Origin: Gammaproteobacteria bacterium
Lineage (GTDB): Bacteria > Pseudomonadota > Gammaproteobacteria > Eutrophobiales > Eutrophobiaceae
Direction of reading: 5' to 3'
NCBI GenBank assembly: GCA_965222155.1
Contig: CBDCTH010000004.1
Location: 558,151 to 622,150 of the forward strand
Length of the DNA stretch: 64,000 nucleotides
A model generated the notes under the pieces. It made no database searches. It worked only from the letters and a program-made list of their open reading frames with translations, and was not told where the DNA came from. Of the stretch, positions 44,825 to 54,377 are shown in pieces; position 1 is the stretch's first letter; each line of letters begins with the position of its first letter. The position numbers and the translations under genes are program-made.

Positions 44825-47011
44825 ATGCTGAGCCGGCGCGCATTCCTGATCACCGGCGGAGTATTGGGCGGCGGCCTGACTCTGGGCTATTTCTTTACCC
44901 CCAACCGGCTCGCGCAAACAGCGGTTTCATCGCCGGAACAAACCTGGCTGACCTCCTGGGTCAGCATCAATGCCGATAATACGATCACGGTCCTGGTCCC
45001 GCAGGCGGAAATGGGGCAGGGTATCCTGACTTCATTGCCGATGATGCTGGCGGAAGAGATGGAAGCGGACTGGTCTCTCGTCAGCGTCAAACAAGCTCCT
45101 GCAGAGGAAATTTACGTAACGGACAAGATTGCCCGGGGCTTCAAGCTCGGCGCGGTGGACATACCAAAGCCCCTGCAGCGGCTGCTGGATTATTCGTTAT
45201 ACAAGGTTTCAGGCAAGCTTAACCTGCAACTGACCGGTGGCAGTGCCAGCATCAGGTACACCGGACGGTGGGGGCTGCGCGTTGCCGGGGCTGCAGCCAG
45301 GGATATGCTGCTCCGGGCCGCGGCAGCACAGTGGGGAGTGGCGCAGTCTGAATGCTATGCACAGTTGAGCCATGTCCATCATGCCGGCAGTGGTCGTTCC
45401 ATCCGTTACGCAGACCTGGCCGCGCACGTGGCAGAATTAACCCCCTCGCTTACCCCGGCGCTGAAAGCAAAAAAGGACTATGTCATCTGCGGCAAGCCGG
45501 TCGCGCGTATTGGCTTGGCGGACAAGGTAACCGGCGCCCTGGATTACGCTATCGACCTCAAGCTGGATAATATGAAGGTTGCAGCGGTTCGCCACGCGCC
45601 AGTATTTGGCGGAGATGTTGTGTCCCTTGAGCCTGACTCCGTTAAAACCCTGCCCGGGGTAACAGACGTAGTGCAAATACCCGGTGCGGTGGTTGTTACG
45701 GCGGATAACTACTGGCGTGCAAACCAGGCGCTTTCCCGGCTGGCAGTCGAGTTCGGCGATGGCGGCAACGGCGCTTTCAACTCGGAGCAGATGTCCCGGG
45801 ACTTCAGCGCCGCCTTGGACGGCGGGGAATATGAAATTGATTTTGAACAGGGAGGCAGCGCAGAGACCATGGCGGGGACCGGCGCGGCCGTGGAAGCTGA
45901 ATATCGGATACCTTTCTTGGCCCACGCCCCCATGGAACCGGTGAATTGCGCCGCCTGGCGCCATGATGGACTACTGGAGGTGTGGGCAGGCACCCAGGAC
46001 CCGCTGGGTACCCGCGCGCTGGCCGCGCAGGCTGCCGCCATGGATATGAAAAATGTGACCGTCCACCCGTTCCAGATGGGGGGCAGCTTCGGTCGCAAAT
46101 CATCGTTCTGCGCTAACTTCATCGAGGACGCGGTGCATACCGCCATGCGCGTGCCCTATCCGGTCAAGGTCGTCTGGTCCCGTGAAGAAGACATCCGGCA
46201 TGACTGTTATCGCCCGGCGGAATTCAGCCGCTTCAAAGCGCGGTTGAATGCTGACGGCAAACCCGTAACCTGGTTGAATTACTATACCGATTCCGGTCTG
46301 AACAGCGGCAGTGAAGCCGCGTTTATACCCTACGCGGTGGCGCATCAGCAAGTCGGCAGGGTGCTCTGCAACACCCCGGTCCCCATCGGCTACTGGCGCA
46401 GTGTGCAACATTCCTGCCAGGGATTTTTTATCGAGTCATTTATTGATGAACTGGCGCAGCACGCGGCGCTCGACCCGCTTGAATACCGTCTTGATTTACT
46501 GCGCGAACAGCCGCGCCATCAAGCCGTATTGCGGTCAGCGGCAGAGAAAATCGGCTGGGGTCGCCCCCTGCCGGCGAATTCCGGTATGGGAATTGCCGTT
46601 GTCGCCAGTTTTGGTTCAATCGTAGCGCAGGCGGTGCAGGTGGCCATTTCCGGAGACAGGCTGCGTGTGGAAAAAGTGGTGGCTGCAGTTGACCCGGGCG
46701 AAGTCATTAATCCCGCCGTTGCCCGGGACCAGGTTGAAGGCGGCATCATCTACGGCCTGAGCGCGGCGTTGTACGGTAATATCAGTATCGATAAAGGCCG
46801 GGTAATGCAAAGTAATTTTTCCGATTACAGGATGGTGCGTATGACTAATACTCCGCACATGGAGGTCCATTTTATCGAGAGTGGTGAGGCGATAGGCGGT
46901 ATGGGGGAAGTCGGTACGCCACCCATCGCGCCGGCCCTGTGTAATGCCATATTTGCCGCAAGCGGACAACGTATCCGGCGTCTCCCGTTACAGGATCAGC
47001 TATCGGTATAG
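44825..47011 (+). CDS. Xanthine dehydrogenase family molybdopterin subunit (IorB-like), Tat-exported
   Basis: SRRAFL Tat motif, EMGQG, MGGSFG, WSREED, QVEGG, GEVGTPP. Confidence 0.88.
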   Translation: MLSRRAFLITGGVLGGGLTLGYFFTPNRLAQTAVSSPEQTWLTSWVSINADNTITVLVPQAEMGQGILTSLPMMLAEEMEADWSLVSVKQAPAEEIYVTDKIARGFKLGAVDIPKPLQRLLDYSLYKVSGKLNLQLTGGSASIRYTGRWGLRVAGAAARDMLLRAAAAQWGVAQSECYAQLSHVHHAGSGRSIRYADLAAHVAELTPSLTPALKAKKDYVICGKPVARIGLADKVTGALDYAIDLKLDNMKVAAVRHAPVFGGDVVSLEPDSVKTLPGVTDVVQIPGAVVVTADNYWRANQALSRLAVEFGDGGNGAFNSEQMSRDFSAALDGGEYEIDFEQGGSAETMAGTGAAVEAEYRIPFLAHAPMEPVNCAAWRHDGLLEVWAGTQDPLGTRALAAQAAAMDMKNVTVHPFQMGGSFGRKSSFCANFIEDAVHTAMRVPYPVKVVWSREEDIRHDCYRPAEFSRFKARLNADGKPVTWLNYYTDSGLNSGSEAAFIPYAVAHQQVGRVLCNTPVPIGYWRSVQHSCQGFFIESFIDELAQHAALDPLEYRLDLLREQPRHQAVLRSAAEKIGWGRPLPANSGMGIAVVASFGSIVAQAVQVAISGDRLRVEKVVAAVDPGEVINPAVARDQVEGGIIYGLSAALYGNISIDKGRVMQSNFSDYRMVRMTNTPHMEVHFIESGEAIGGMGEVGTPPIAPALCNAIFAASGQRIRRLPLQDQLSV

Positions 47012-47031
47012 CGCCGTAGTCCCCACTCCCG

Positions 47032-47517
47032 ATGCAGCAGCTGAAACGGTTTTCTCTGTATAATCTACTGCTAATCGCATTAATTTCCATTCCCTGTTAT
47101 CCTCAATCCGCGTTAAAGGATGAGTTGTTGTCGAGTCTCGAGGGAAACTGGCGTGGTGAAGCCGTGCATACTCCGGTAGGACCTGCCCCGTATAACATAA
47201 ACTTCCGCCGGGTTGATCATGGTTGCGTTTCAGGCACCGCGTATACCGGGTTCAGTAACCATACCTGGACTTTTTGCCCGGCTGAAGACGGGGTAATGGT
47301 GAACTTTCTCTCCGATTTCAGGGGAAACGAAGACCGGATCGTGCTGACATCAATACACGAGGAACAGGAGAAAGTCGTTTTTAAATCCGCTAAGATAGCG
47401 TTTATGGACGTCATTGTTACCCGCGCAGACAGTAATTTTATAATTGATATCATACATCACGGCGAACTGCATGTGCGTATTGAATTAACAGCGGCCGATC
47501 CCGTCAGCACCCATTGA
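47032..47517 (+). CDS. Hypothetical secreted beta-rich protein
   Basis: Signal-like N terminus, LEGNWRG; fills the gap in operon orientation. Confidence 0.6.
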   Translation: MQQLKRFSLYNLLLIALISIPCYPQSALKDELLSSLEGNWRGEAVHTPVGPAPYNINFRRVDHGCVSGTAYTGFSNHTWTFCPAEDGVMVNFLSDFRGNEDRIVLTSIHEEQEKVVFKSAKIAFMDVIVTRADSNFIIDIIHHGELHVRIELTAADPVSTH

Positions 47518-47546
47518 CGGAAAGGTTGCTATTGCATTGAACCATT

Positions 47547-48392
47547 ATGAGACTGACTGGTGATGAATTCAGGCGCTGGGGGCATAAATCCGTAACGCTG
47601 CTGGGTATGTCCGGGGTCGGCAAGACCACCCTGGCAAGAAAGCTGCGCCGCCACAACTGGTTCCATTATTCCGGTGATTACCGGATCGGCACCCGTTACC
47701 TGGATGAGCCCATCCTGGATAATATCAAGCAGCATGTTATGCAGATCCCGTTTACCCGGGAATTGCTGCGCTCCGACTCGATATACATTACCAATAACCT
47801 GGATATCGACAACCTGAAACCGCTTTCGAGTTTTCTGGGTAAACTGGGCAATCCGGAACAGGACGGGCTGGACCTGAAGGAATTCAAGCGACGCCAGGAA
47901 TTGCACCGGGTCGCCGAGATCAATTCCATGAACGACGTGCCGGAGTTTATGCGCAGGGCCCGTGAAGTATACGGCTATGCGCATTTTGTAAATGACGCCG
48001 GCGGCAGCCTGTGCGAAATGGATGATGACGTGATCAGGCTGTTGGCGCAGCACAGTCTGATTTTATATCTCAAGGCCACGGCAGAAGATGAAAAGGAATT
48101 GATAGCCCGCGCCGAGCAGGATCCCAAACCTCTGTATTACCAGGAGTCCTTCCTGGATGAGCAACTTGCCGATTACCAGCGTGAGCGCGGCCAGGATTAT
48201 ATTGCCTTGATCGAACCGGATGACTTTGTCAGGTGGGTGTTTCCCAAGCTGTTTCGCTCCCGTATCCCACGCTATGAATATATAGCCGCAACTTACGGTT
48301 ATACCATTGCCACTGATGCAGTGCTGGACGTGGAATCCGAACAGCACTTCATCAATGTTATCGCTGACGTCCTGGACCGGCATGGAGATTAA
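47547..48392 (+). CDS. Uncharacterised P-loop ATPase/kinase next to metA
   Basis: Walker A GMSGVGKT, DYRIGTRY, DAGGS. Confidence 0.8.
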   Translation: MRLTGDEFRRWGHKSVTLLGMSGVGKTTLARKLRRHNWFHYSGDYRIGTRYLDEPILDNIKQHVMQIPFTRELLRSDSIYITNNLDIDNLKPLSSFLGKLGNPEQDGLDLKEFKRRQELHRVAEINSMNDVPEFMRRAREVYGYAHFVNDAGGSLCEMDDDVIRLLAQHSLILYLKATAEDEKELIARAEQDPKPLYYQESFLDEQLADYQRERGQDYIALIEPDDFVRWVFPKLFRSRIPRYEYIAATYGYTIATDAVLDVESEQHFINVIADVLDRHGD

Positions 48393-48395
48393 CCC

Positions 48396-49409
48396 ATGCC
48401 ACTGGTAGCAAATACCGACCTGCCCAGCTTCGAGCGGCTCCAGCGTGAAGGCAGTTTCGTCATACCCCGGGACACTGCCATGACCCGGGAAGTGCGCGAA
48501 CTGCACATCGGTCTGTTGAATATGATGCCGGACAAGGCCCTGGAGGCGACGGAAAGGCAGTTCTTTCGGCTGGTTGGTGAAAGCAACCAGATAGCCAGGT
48601 TCTATCTGCACCCGTTTACCCTGAAGGAATTGCAGCGCAGCAGGGAGGGCCAGGATCACGTCAACAGGTATTACAAGAGTTTTGAGCAAATCCAGTCCGA
48701 CGGTCTGGATGCGTTGATTATTACCGGCGCCAACGTGGTCGATCCCGCCCTGGACCGGCAGGAATTCTGGACGCCGTTGATTGAAGTGGTTGACTGGGCC
48801 TGCGCCAACGTAACGTCCATACTGTGTTCCTGCCTGGCTACCCATGCGGTATTGCAGTTCCGCTACAAGCAGAAGCGCATCCCCTTGTCCGGGAAGTGTT
48901 GGGGAGTTTATTCACACAGCGTCAGGGATCGTTCGCACCCGCTGGTAGCCGGCGTCAATACGCGTTTTGACATTCCGCATTCCCGCTTTAACGCAGTGAC
49001 GCCGCAACAGTTTGCTGAAGCCGGCTTGAACGTCCTGGTTGAAAGCGAACAGGTTGGGGTTCACCTGGCTGCCAGTGAAGATGGCTTACGCCTGGTTTTT
49101 TTCCAGGGACATCCCGAATATGACGAGAACAGCCTGTTTAAGGAATACAAACGGGAGGTGTTGCGTTATATGGCTGGTGAAACGGATAGTTACCCGCCGT
49201 TTCCGGAGAATTATTTCAGCCTGCAGACCAGGGCAATACTGACCGAGTACCGGGAACGGGTGGTGGCCGCCAGGGAGCATGGCCTGGAACTGCCGCTATT
49301 CCCGGAACAATTAATCAGCCCTTCTCTGAATAATACCTGGCATGACAGCGGTGAAGCCGTCATCAACAACTGGATAGGACAAGTCTACCAGTTGACCCAC
49401 TCGGGCTAG
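48396..49409 (+). CDS. metA: Homoserine O-acyltransferase (MetA family)
   Basis: IGLLNMMP, ATERQF, IITGA, SCLA, PHSR, GHPEY. Confidence 0.92.
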   Translation: MPLVANTDLPSFERLQREGSFVIPRDTAMTREVRELHIGLLNMMPDKALEATERQFFRLVGESNQIARFYLHPFTLKELQRSREGQDHVNRYYKSFEQIQSDGLDALIITGANVVDPALDRQEFWTPLIEVVDWACANVTSILCSCLATHAVLQFRYKQKRIPLSGKCWGVYSHSVRDRSHPLVAGVNTRFDIPHSRFNAVTPQQFAEAGLNVLVESEQVGVHLAASEDGLRLVFFQGHPEYDENSLFKEYKREVLRYMAGETDSYPPFPENYFSLQTRAILTEYRERVVAAREHGLELPLFPEQLISPSLNNTWHDSGEAVINNWIGQVYQLTHSG

Positions 49410-49756
49410 CTGTCTTCTTTTTTTCTGGCGGGTGAACGGGTTGTGCGCCGCCTGGGCTTTGACGTGGTCGTCGGGGCCTTGTCTGCTTCGGGCCAGGGGC
49501 TGAAAGGGAAGGGGCGTTCATCCGACTGGAAAGTGATATAACCCAGGATTTGAGAGATATATTGCAGCAGGCCGCTACTGAAATCGGCCAGTTGCCGGTT
49601 TAAATTACCCGTCACGACCTTGCTGACAAATTGAAAGAGAACCAATAACCAGACAAGGCAAAAAGCGAAGTAAAGAATGAAGCTGAAGATTAGGATAAAC
49701 AGGCCGCGCAGCCACACACCACGATTTTTTACATTTTCTTTTATGTCCACTGGCAT
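49406..49756 (-). CDS. DUF4389-like membrane protein
   Basis: WLRGLFIL...FQF...YITFQSDERPFPFSPWP. Confidence 0.8.
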   Translation of the reverse strand: MPVDIKENVKNRGVWLRGLFILIFSFILYFAFCLVWLLVLFQFVSKVVTGNLNRQLADFSSGLLQYISQILGYITFQSDERPFPFSPWPEADKAPTTTSKPRRRTTRSPARKKEDS

Positions 49757-49812
49757 TCTCCCGGTTGCGGATAAACGAAATCAGATTATCCTGAAATATT
49801 GCACCAAGGGCA

Positions 49813-49959
49813 ATGAAAATAATGGATCTGACGGATCGCCGTTCGTTACTCGCTAAAGACCAAAATGCACACACCAACGCACTGGAAACAGAAATTGACC
49901 ATCTCGGCTATGAACTTACATCGAATGAAGTCAGGCTCGTAGAAGGTGTAAAGAGCTGA
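49813..49959 (+). pseudogene. C-terminal remnant of a type IIG restriction-modification enzyme
   Basis: Translates ...AKDQNAHTNALETEIDHLGYELTSNEVRLVEG*, resembling the ADTSALE.EID.LVY.LYGLT.EEI..VEG tail; in-frame stop upstream. Confidence 0.6.
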
Positions 49960-50003
49960 AAATCACATGTCTTACTTGGCGCGACTCTAATATAACAGAC
50001 TCC

Positions 50004-50042
50004 AATATAACAATTGCTTAACTTGTTTTACATTGTTATATT
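50004..50042 (+). promoter_or_regulatory. TA promoter with overlapping operator
   Basis: TTGCTT-17 bp-TATATT; 11-bp IR aatataacaat/attgttatatt; 15-bp direct repeat 49983-50012. Confidence 0.6.
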
Positions 50043-50084
50043 TAATACAATTAGTTTGAAATGCAATGCAAATGAAACAGATTA

Positions 50085-50327
50085 ATGATTAATTCGACGT
50101 TAACCGACAAGTGGCAAACCACCATCCCGGTCAAAGTCCGCAAGGCACTCAATCTTAAGCCACGGCAACGGCTAGTCTATGAATTGGTTGATGGCGCTGT
50201 TTTGGTAAAGCCCCAGCCAGAAACTCTCAAGGACCTGTATGGCTTTCTTGCTGACGACCAGCCGCCTTTATCCAAATCAGAGGAGCGGGAAAAATCGCGC
50301 ACGGCAAGAGCAAACAAATATAAATGA
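50085..50327 (+). CDS. AbrB/MazE/SpoVT family antitoxin
   Basis: STLTDKWQTTIPVKVRKALNL. Confidence 0.88.
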   Translation: MINSTLTDKWQTTIPVKVRKALNLKPRQRLVYELVDGAVLVKPQPETLKDLYGFLADDQPPLSKSEEREKSRTARANKYK

Positions 50328-50734
50328 TCAAGTATCTCCTGGACACGAATGTCCTGATCCGCTTTTTGCGTGGCGACCATCCCACGCACTCACCGGCAAC
50401 CCGAATACTGTTTGCAGATGCTTGTGATGGAAAATGCGCGCTGATTCTGACCGAAGTAGCTGTTGCCGAGGCAGTGTGGGTGCTGCATTTCGTATACCAC
50501 ACGGAGCGCGAACAGATTACGGAAGGGCTGCGCAAAGTGATACTCAGTGCTGGCGTTCGTTGTATAAAGCGTGATGAAATGCTTAATGCCTTGGGGCGTT
50601 TCGCGTCAACAAGATGTGACTTTCTGGATTGTTATCTGGCAGCTCTAGCTGTAACTTCCGGTGACCATGTGGCGACATTTGATAAAGATTTTGACCGATT
50701 TGCTGACGTAAAACGATGGAAGCCGATCACGTAA
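50324..50734 (+). CDS. PIN-domain (VapC) toxin
   Basis: LLDTNVL, E, DFLDC, ATFDKDF; ATGA overlap with antitoxin. Confidence 0.9.
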   Translation: MIKYLLDTNVLIRFLRGDHPTHSPATRILFADACDGKCALILTEVAVAEAVWVLHFVYHTEREQITEGLRKVILSAGVRCIKRDEMLNALGRFASTRCDFLDCYLAALAVTSGDHVATFDKDFDRFADVKRWKPIT

Positions 50735-50864
50735 CAGATGCAAAGAATATAGGGCAAGATCATACTTTTTGTCATAAGGAAGAGGTTTTTTATTCCAAGA
50801 AGTTATACATATTGGACAGTCCTTATGATATATAAAAGTATGCGGTTGCCCGGATCAGGGCTAA

Positions 50865-51224
50865 CCCGGATTTCTCACCAGGTCGCTGGTTGCTATCGGA
50901 AACGTCAATGTGCTGTCAATACGTTATGATAACCTGCTCACTATATCGACATAACAGACTGCGCTTGATGCGCCGTCGCTTGTCTTTTTGATGCGCTCCA
51001 TCCCCCTGCTCAACTCCATACAGAGCTTCCCCCTGCGGTTGTAAGCAGGGGGGCAGGCTCTGGGCGCAACCCTACGGGCGGCCTGCGGCCGTGCATAAAT
51101 TTGTCTGGAGCAAATTTGAACAGTCGAGCCGCGCGAGACTGGCCCCGAAGGGGCAAAGTACAGGACGTACTTTGTAAATCGGCTATCCTGCCGATTTGTC
51201 ATCGCATCACCTGAGAAATGCGGG
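50865..51224 (-). mobile_element. Family A element, copy A5 (reverse strand, core replaced by nested modules)
   Basis: Terminal IRs and 3' third match other copies on the - strand. Confidence 0.82.
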
Positions 51225-51231
51225 TTAACGC

Positions 51232-52239
51232 TCACTTGGCAGACTCCCCCAATAGATTGATAATTAGGCGGACCATCAGGTCCTTACCTGCAGGCGCGCT
51301 TTCGGCAATGAGCAGGGTGAGCGCCGTCAGAGCCTGGGGATTGAGCCGATGCTCCATACCCTCCTGCTTCAGGTACAGCAGGAACAGCAGTGAGCCGATG
51401 CGCTTGTTACCATCGGTGAAGGGATGATCCTTCACGATGAAATAGAGCAGGTGTGCAGCCTTCTCCTCGCGGGAGCGGTAGAGCGCCTCGCCGAACATGG
51501 TCTGCTCAATACTGCCGAGTATGGCTGCCAATGCATCGCCTCGAGGAGAACCGAAAAGGGACGAAGCCTCATTACGTGACATCAGGTCTCGTTTGAGATC
51601 CGCAATCGCTCTCATGGCGCTGTCAAGATTGAGTACACCTAGGGATGGCCTCGCCCCCGGCGGTGTTTTAAGCCGGTCTTCGTCGTACTCCAACAGCAAA
51701 CGCCAAGTATCAGCGTAGCCGGTGATGAGCTCCAGCACTGCCTGTCCGGTTGAGTCTACAAGCGCCTGATTCTGAAGGGTGCGAGCGAGTAGGTCGAGGC
51801 TCTCTCGGGCTTCCTGAAGACCACGTTCGGTGAGCCGACGCTCATTCCAGGTGTAGCCGCGCACCAGATGATTGCGCAAGATGGAGGTCGCCCATTGACG
51901 GAACCAGGTGCCTCGAAGCGATTTAACGCGATATCCGACAGAAATGATCATATCAAGATTGTAGTGATCCACCTGGCGCGAAACCGTCCGCCCACCCTCG
52001 GATTGAACCTGTGCAAATTTTGCACTGGTTGACTCAGGGTCTAACTCTCCTTCGCTGAAAACGTTACGAATATGCCGCGTGATGACAGAACGATCACGCT
52101 CAAATAGCTCCGCCATTTGCTGTTGCGTCAACCAGACAGTCTCCCGCTCAAAACGGACATCCACACGCACCTCACCATCGGATGTCTCGTAAAGCACGAC
52201 CTCGCCGCCTTGATGCGTTGCCGGTGTTTCGTTGCTCAT
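51232..52239 (-). CDS. RhuM-family N-terminal domain fused to Fic/Doc
   Basis: TVWLTQQQMAELF, YNLDMIISVGYRV, HPFTDGNKR. Confidence 0.9.
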   Translation of the reverse strand: MSNETPATHQGGEVVLYETSDGEVRVDVRFERETVWLTQQQMAELFERDRSVITRHIRNVFSEGELDPESTSAKFAQVQSEGGRTVSRQVDHYNLDMIISVGYRVKSLRGTWFRQWATSILRNHLVRGYTWNERRLTERGLQEARESLDLLARTLQNQALVDSTGQAVLELITGYADTWRLLLEYDEDRLKTPPGARPSLGVLNLDSAMRAIADLKRDLMSRNEASSLFGSPRGDALAAILGSIEQTMFGEALYRSREEKAAHLLYFIVKDHPFTDGNKRIGSLLFLLYLKQEGMEHRLNPQALTALTLLIAESAPAGKDLMVRLIINLLGESAK

Positions 52240-52374
52240 TTTATTGACCAGGGATGTGAGGATCACGCATGAACGCCCATACAGTGCTTTGAAAACATGC
52301 CGGCAAGGCGTTTTCGATGACGGATTCAGGAAAAATATTCATTGCCTTGTGGGTTTGGTAAGCAAGATTTGTAA

Positions 52375-54204
52375 TCATTCCAGGCTGAATGTCAGAATCT
52401 CATCGCCGGCCTTGTAGCCGAATAAGGAGTTTCCGCCTGCGGCAACGGAAATGTACTGTTTACCGTTGAGCATATAGCTGACGGGCGGGGCATTGACGCC
52501 GTATTCACTCTGGTATTGCCATAAGATCGCGCCGTTATGCGCGTCGTAAGCACCAAACCTGCCGTTTCCCTCACCGGCAAATACCACATCGCCGGCGGTG
52601 ACCAGTGCCCCGCCGACCATGGGCTGCGCCACTTTTTGTTGCCAGCTCAGTTTCCCGGACACGACGTCGACGGCACTGAGTACTCCCCAATCCGGTTCAT
52701 CGGCTTTCTTGAAAAAAGTGTAGCTTTGCCAGGGCGCGCCCGGTTTCGGTTCCAGTTTGCGAGAAAAAAACAGGGAAGGCTGGTAAATGCCCGCGATATA
52801 GACCTGTTGCAGACCGGGGTGGTAAGCGGCCGGAGACCAGGAGACTGCGCCCAGGGTGCCGGGAACAATGCGTACCCCCTCTGCTGTAGGTCGCGCGAAC
52901 AGGTTTTCTGGCTTGATTACAGGCTCGCTACGCCGGATCAGTTTACCGGTCAGCCGATCATGGATAAAGAACCAGCCAAGCTTGCTGGCCTGCCCTACCG
53001 CCTTGATGGTTTTGCCCTTTTCAACAAGATCAAACAGTAGCGGCGGGCTGGCAACGTCATAACCCCAGCGGTCATGGGGTACCTGCTGGTAATGCCAGCG
53101 CAGTTTGCCGGTAGCCGCCTCCAGGGCGACCAGGCTGACGGTGTACAGATTGTCACCGGGGCGGGTTGAATCATCCATCTGTGGCGACGGGTTGCCGGTG
53201 CCGATATAAATCAGGCCAAGTTCAGGGTCAACGGCAGGTGTCGTAAAGATCGACCCGCCGCCGTAGCGCCAGGTATCGGCATAGGTCTTGTTGGCGCGCC
53301 GCTCGGCCTTCATATCCCGGTTCAGCGCCACGCCATATCCGGTTTTCTTGCGCCATTTGCCTTGCCAGTCAGATTCCGCGGTACTGTACCAACGCCAGAT
53401 TTCCTCGCCTGTTTCCGTATCGTAGGCAACGATAAACCCCCTTAATCCGTGTTCCCCACCGGACAGGCCGCCGACAGATAATACATATTCGCCCTCCTGC
53501 TCCAGGTCCATGTGCAGGCCGTAACCAGCGCCGGAAATGCCTACCAGGACCTTGTCGGCAAAGACTTGCGGGGCCAGGTTGGCGGTATAGCCGGTTTGTC
53601 CGGATTGTGTTGCGCCTTTCAATTCGTCCACACCGAGGAGCGGGTCGAGTTGTTCAGCCTTGCCGGCGTCAGTGTCAGTGATTGCCGTGTCCCAGATCAG
53701 CTTGCCGGTATTCCGTTCCAGGGCGATCAGCCTGGCGTCAATGGTAACGCTGTAGACCTTATCGGCAGTGAGTGCAGGCCCACGGTTGGCGGGGCCGCAA
53801 CAGTACGACTTGTCTGCCAGGTCATGCCGGTATCGCCACAACATTCTGCCCGTGTCCGCGCGCAGGGCGATGACGTCATTGTAAGGGGTGGTTATGTACA
53901 TGACCCCATCACGTATAATGGGCGAGGTCTGAAACGATCCGAACTTGCCGGTGTTGAAACGCCAGGCCAGCCGCAACCGGTCCACATTGCCGCTGTTGAC
54001 CTGGGACAAGGGACTGAAACGCTGGTTATCGTAGGTGCGCCCGTACAAGGGCCAATCGCTGGAATCGGTCAGGTTGACAGCCGCGCAGGCGGGTTGGAAT
54101 AACAGCAAAAGCAACGCCGCTATCAGGTAGTTATAACAACGGCGGATGATATTCCGGGCAGCGGCTGGAGCGGTGTCAGGTATAACGTCAATGAGCGGCT
54201 TCAT
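52375..54204 (-). CDS. PQQ-dependent dehydrogenase (alcohol DH-like beta-propeller)
   Basis: QRFSPL, vicinal YCCG..NRG, tryptophan-docking repeats, PHDRWGYD. Confidence 0.88.
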   Translation of the reverse strand: MKPLIDVIPDTAPAAARNIIRRCYNYLIAALLLLLFQPACAAVNLTDSSDWPLYGRTYDNQRFSPLSQVNSGNVDRLRLAWRFNTGKFGSFQTSPIIRDGVMYITTPYNDVIALRADTGRMLWRYRHDLADKSYCCGPANRGPALTADKVYSVTIDARLIALERNTGKLIWDTAITDTDAGKAEQLDPLLGVDELKGATQSGQTGYTANLAPQVFADKVLVGISGAGYGLHMDLEQEGEYVLSVGGLSGGEHGLRGFIVAYDTETGEEIWRWYSTAESDWQGKWRKKTGYGVALNRDMKAERRANKTYADTWRYGGGSIFTTPAVDPELGLIYIGTGNPSPQMDDSTRPGDNLYTVSLVALEAATGKLRWHYQQVPHDRWGYDVASPPLLFDLVEKGKTIKAVGQASKLGWFFIHDRLTGKLIRRSEPVIKPENLFARPTAEGVRIVPGTLGAVSWSPAAYHPGLQQVYIAGIYQPSLFFSRKLEPKPGAPWQSYTFFKKADEPDWGVLSAVDVVSGKLSWQQKVAQPMVGGALVTAGDVVFAGEGNGRFGAYDAHNGAILWQYQSEYGVNAPPVSYMLNGKQYISVAAGGNSLFGYKAGDEILTFSLE

Positions 54205-54244
54205 TGTCGGTTAGAATAACATTTTCCAACTGTTTCCACTAAAC

Positions 54245-54318
54245 GGCTTTTGGAGGCTGTTGTTTCGTTCCGAGGGCCATCCCTGACGCTAGTCACGAAA
54301 CAACAGCCTCCAAAAGCC
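54245..54318. repeat. Perfect 24-bp inverted repeat (family F, single copy)
   Basis: ggcttttggaggctgttgtttcgt / acgaaacaacagcctccaaaagcc. Confidence 0.8.
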
Positions 54319-54377
54319 TCCCCGGTAAACAGCGGAAATTCCAGTCATTCTTTTACGGTTGGGTGAGATCAGGACAG

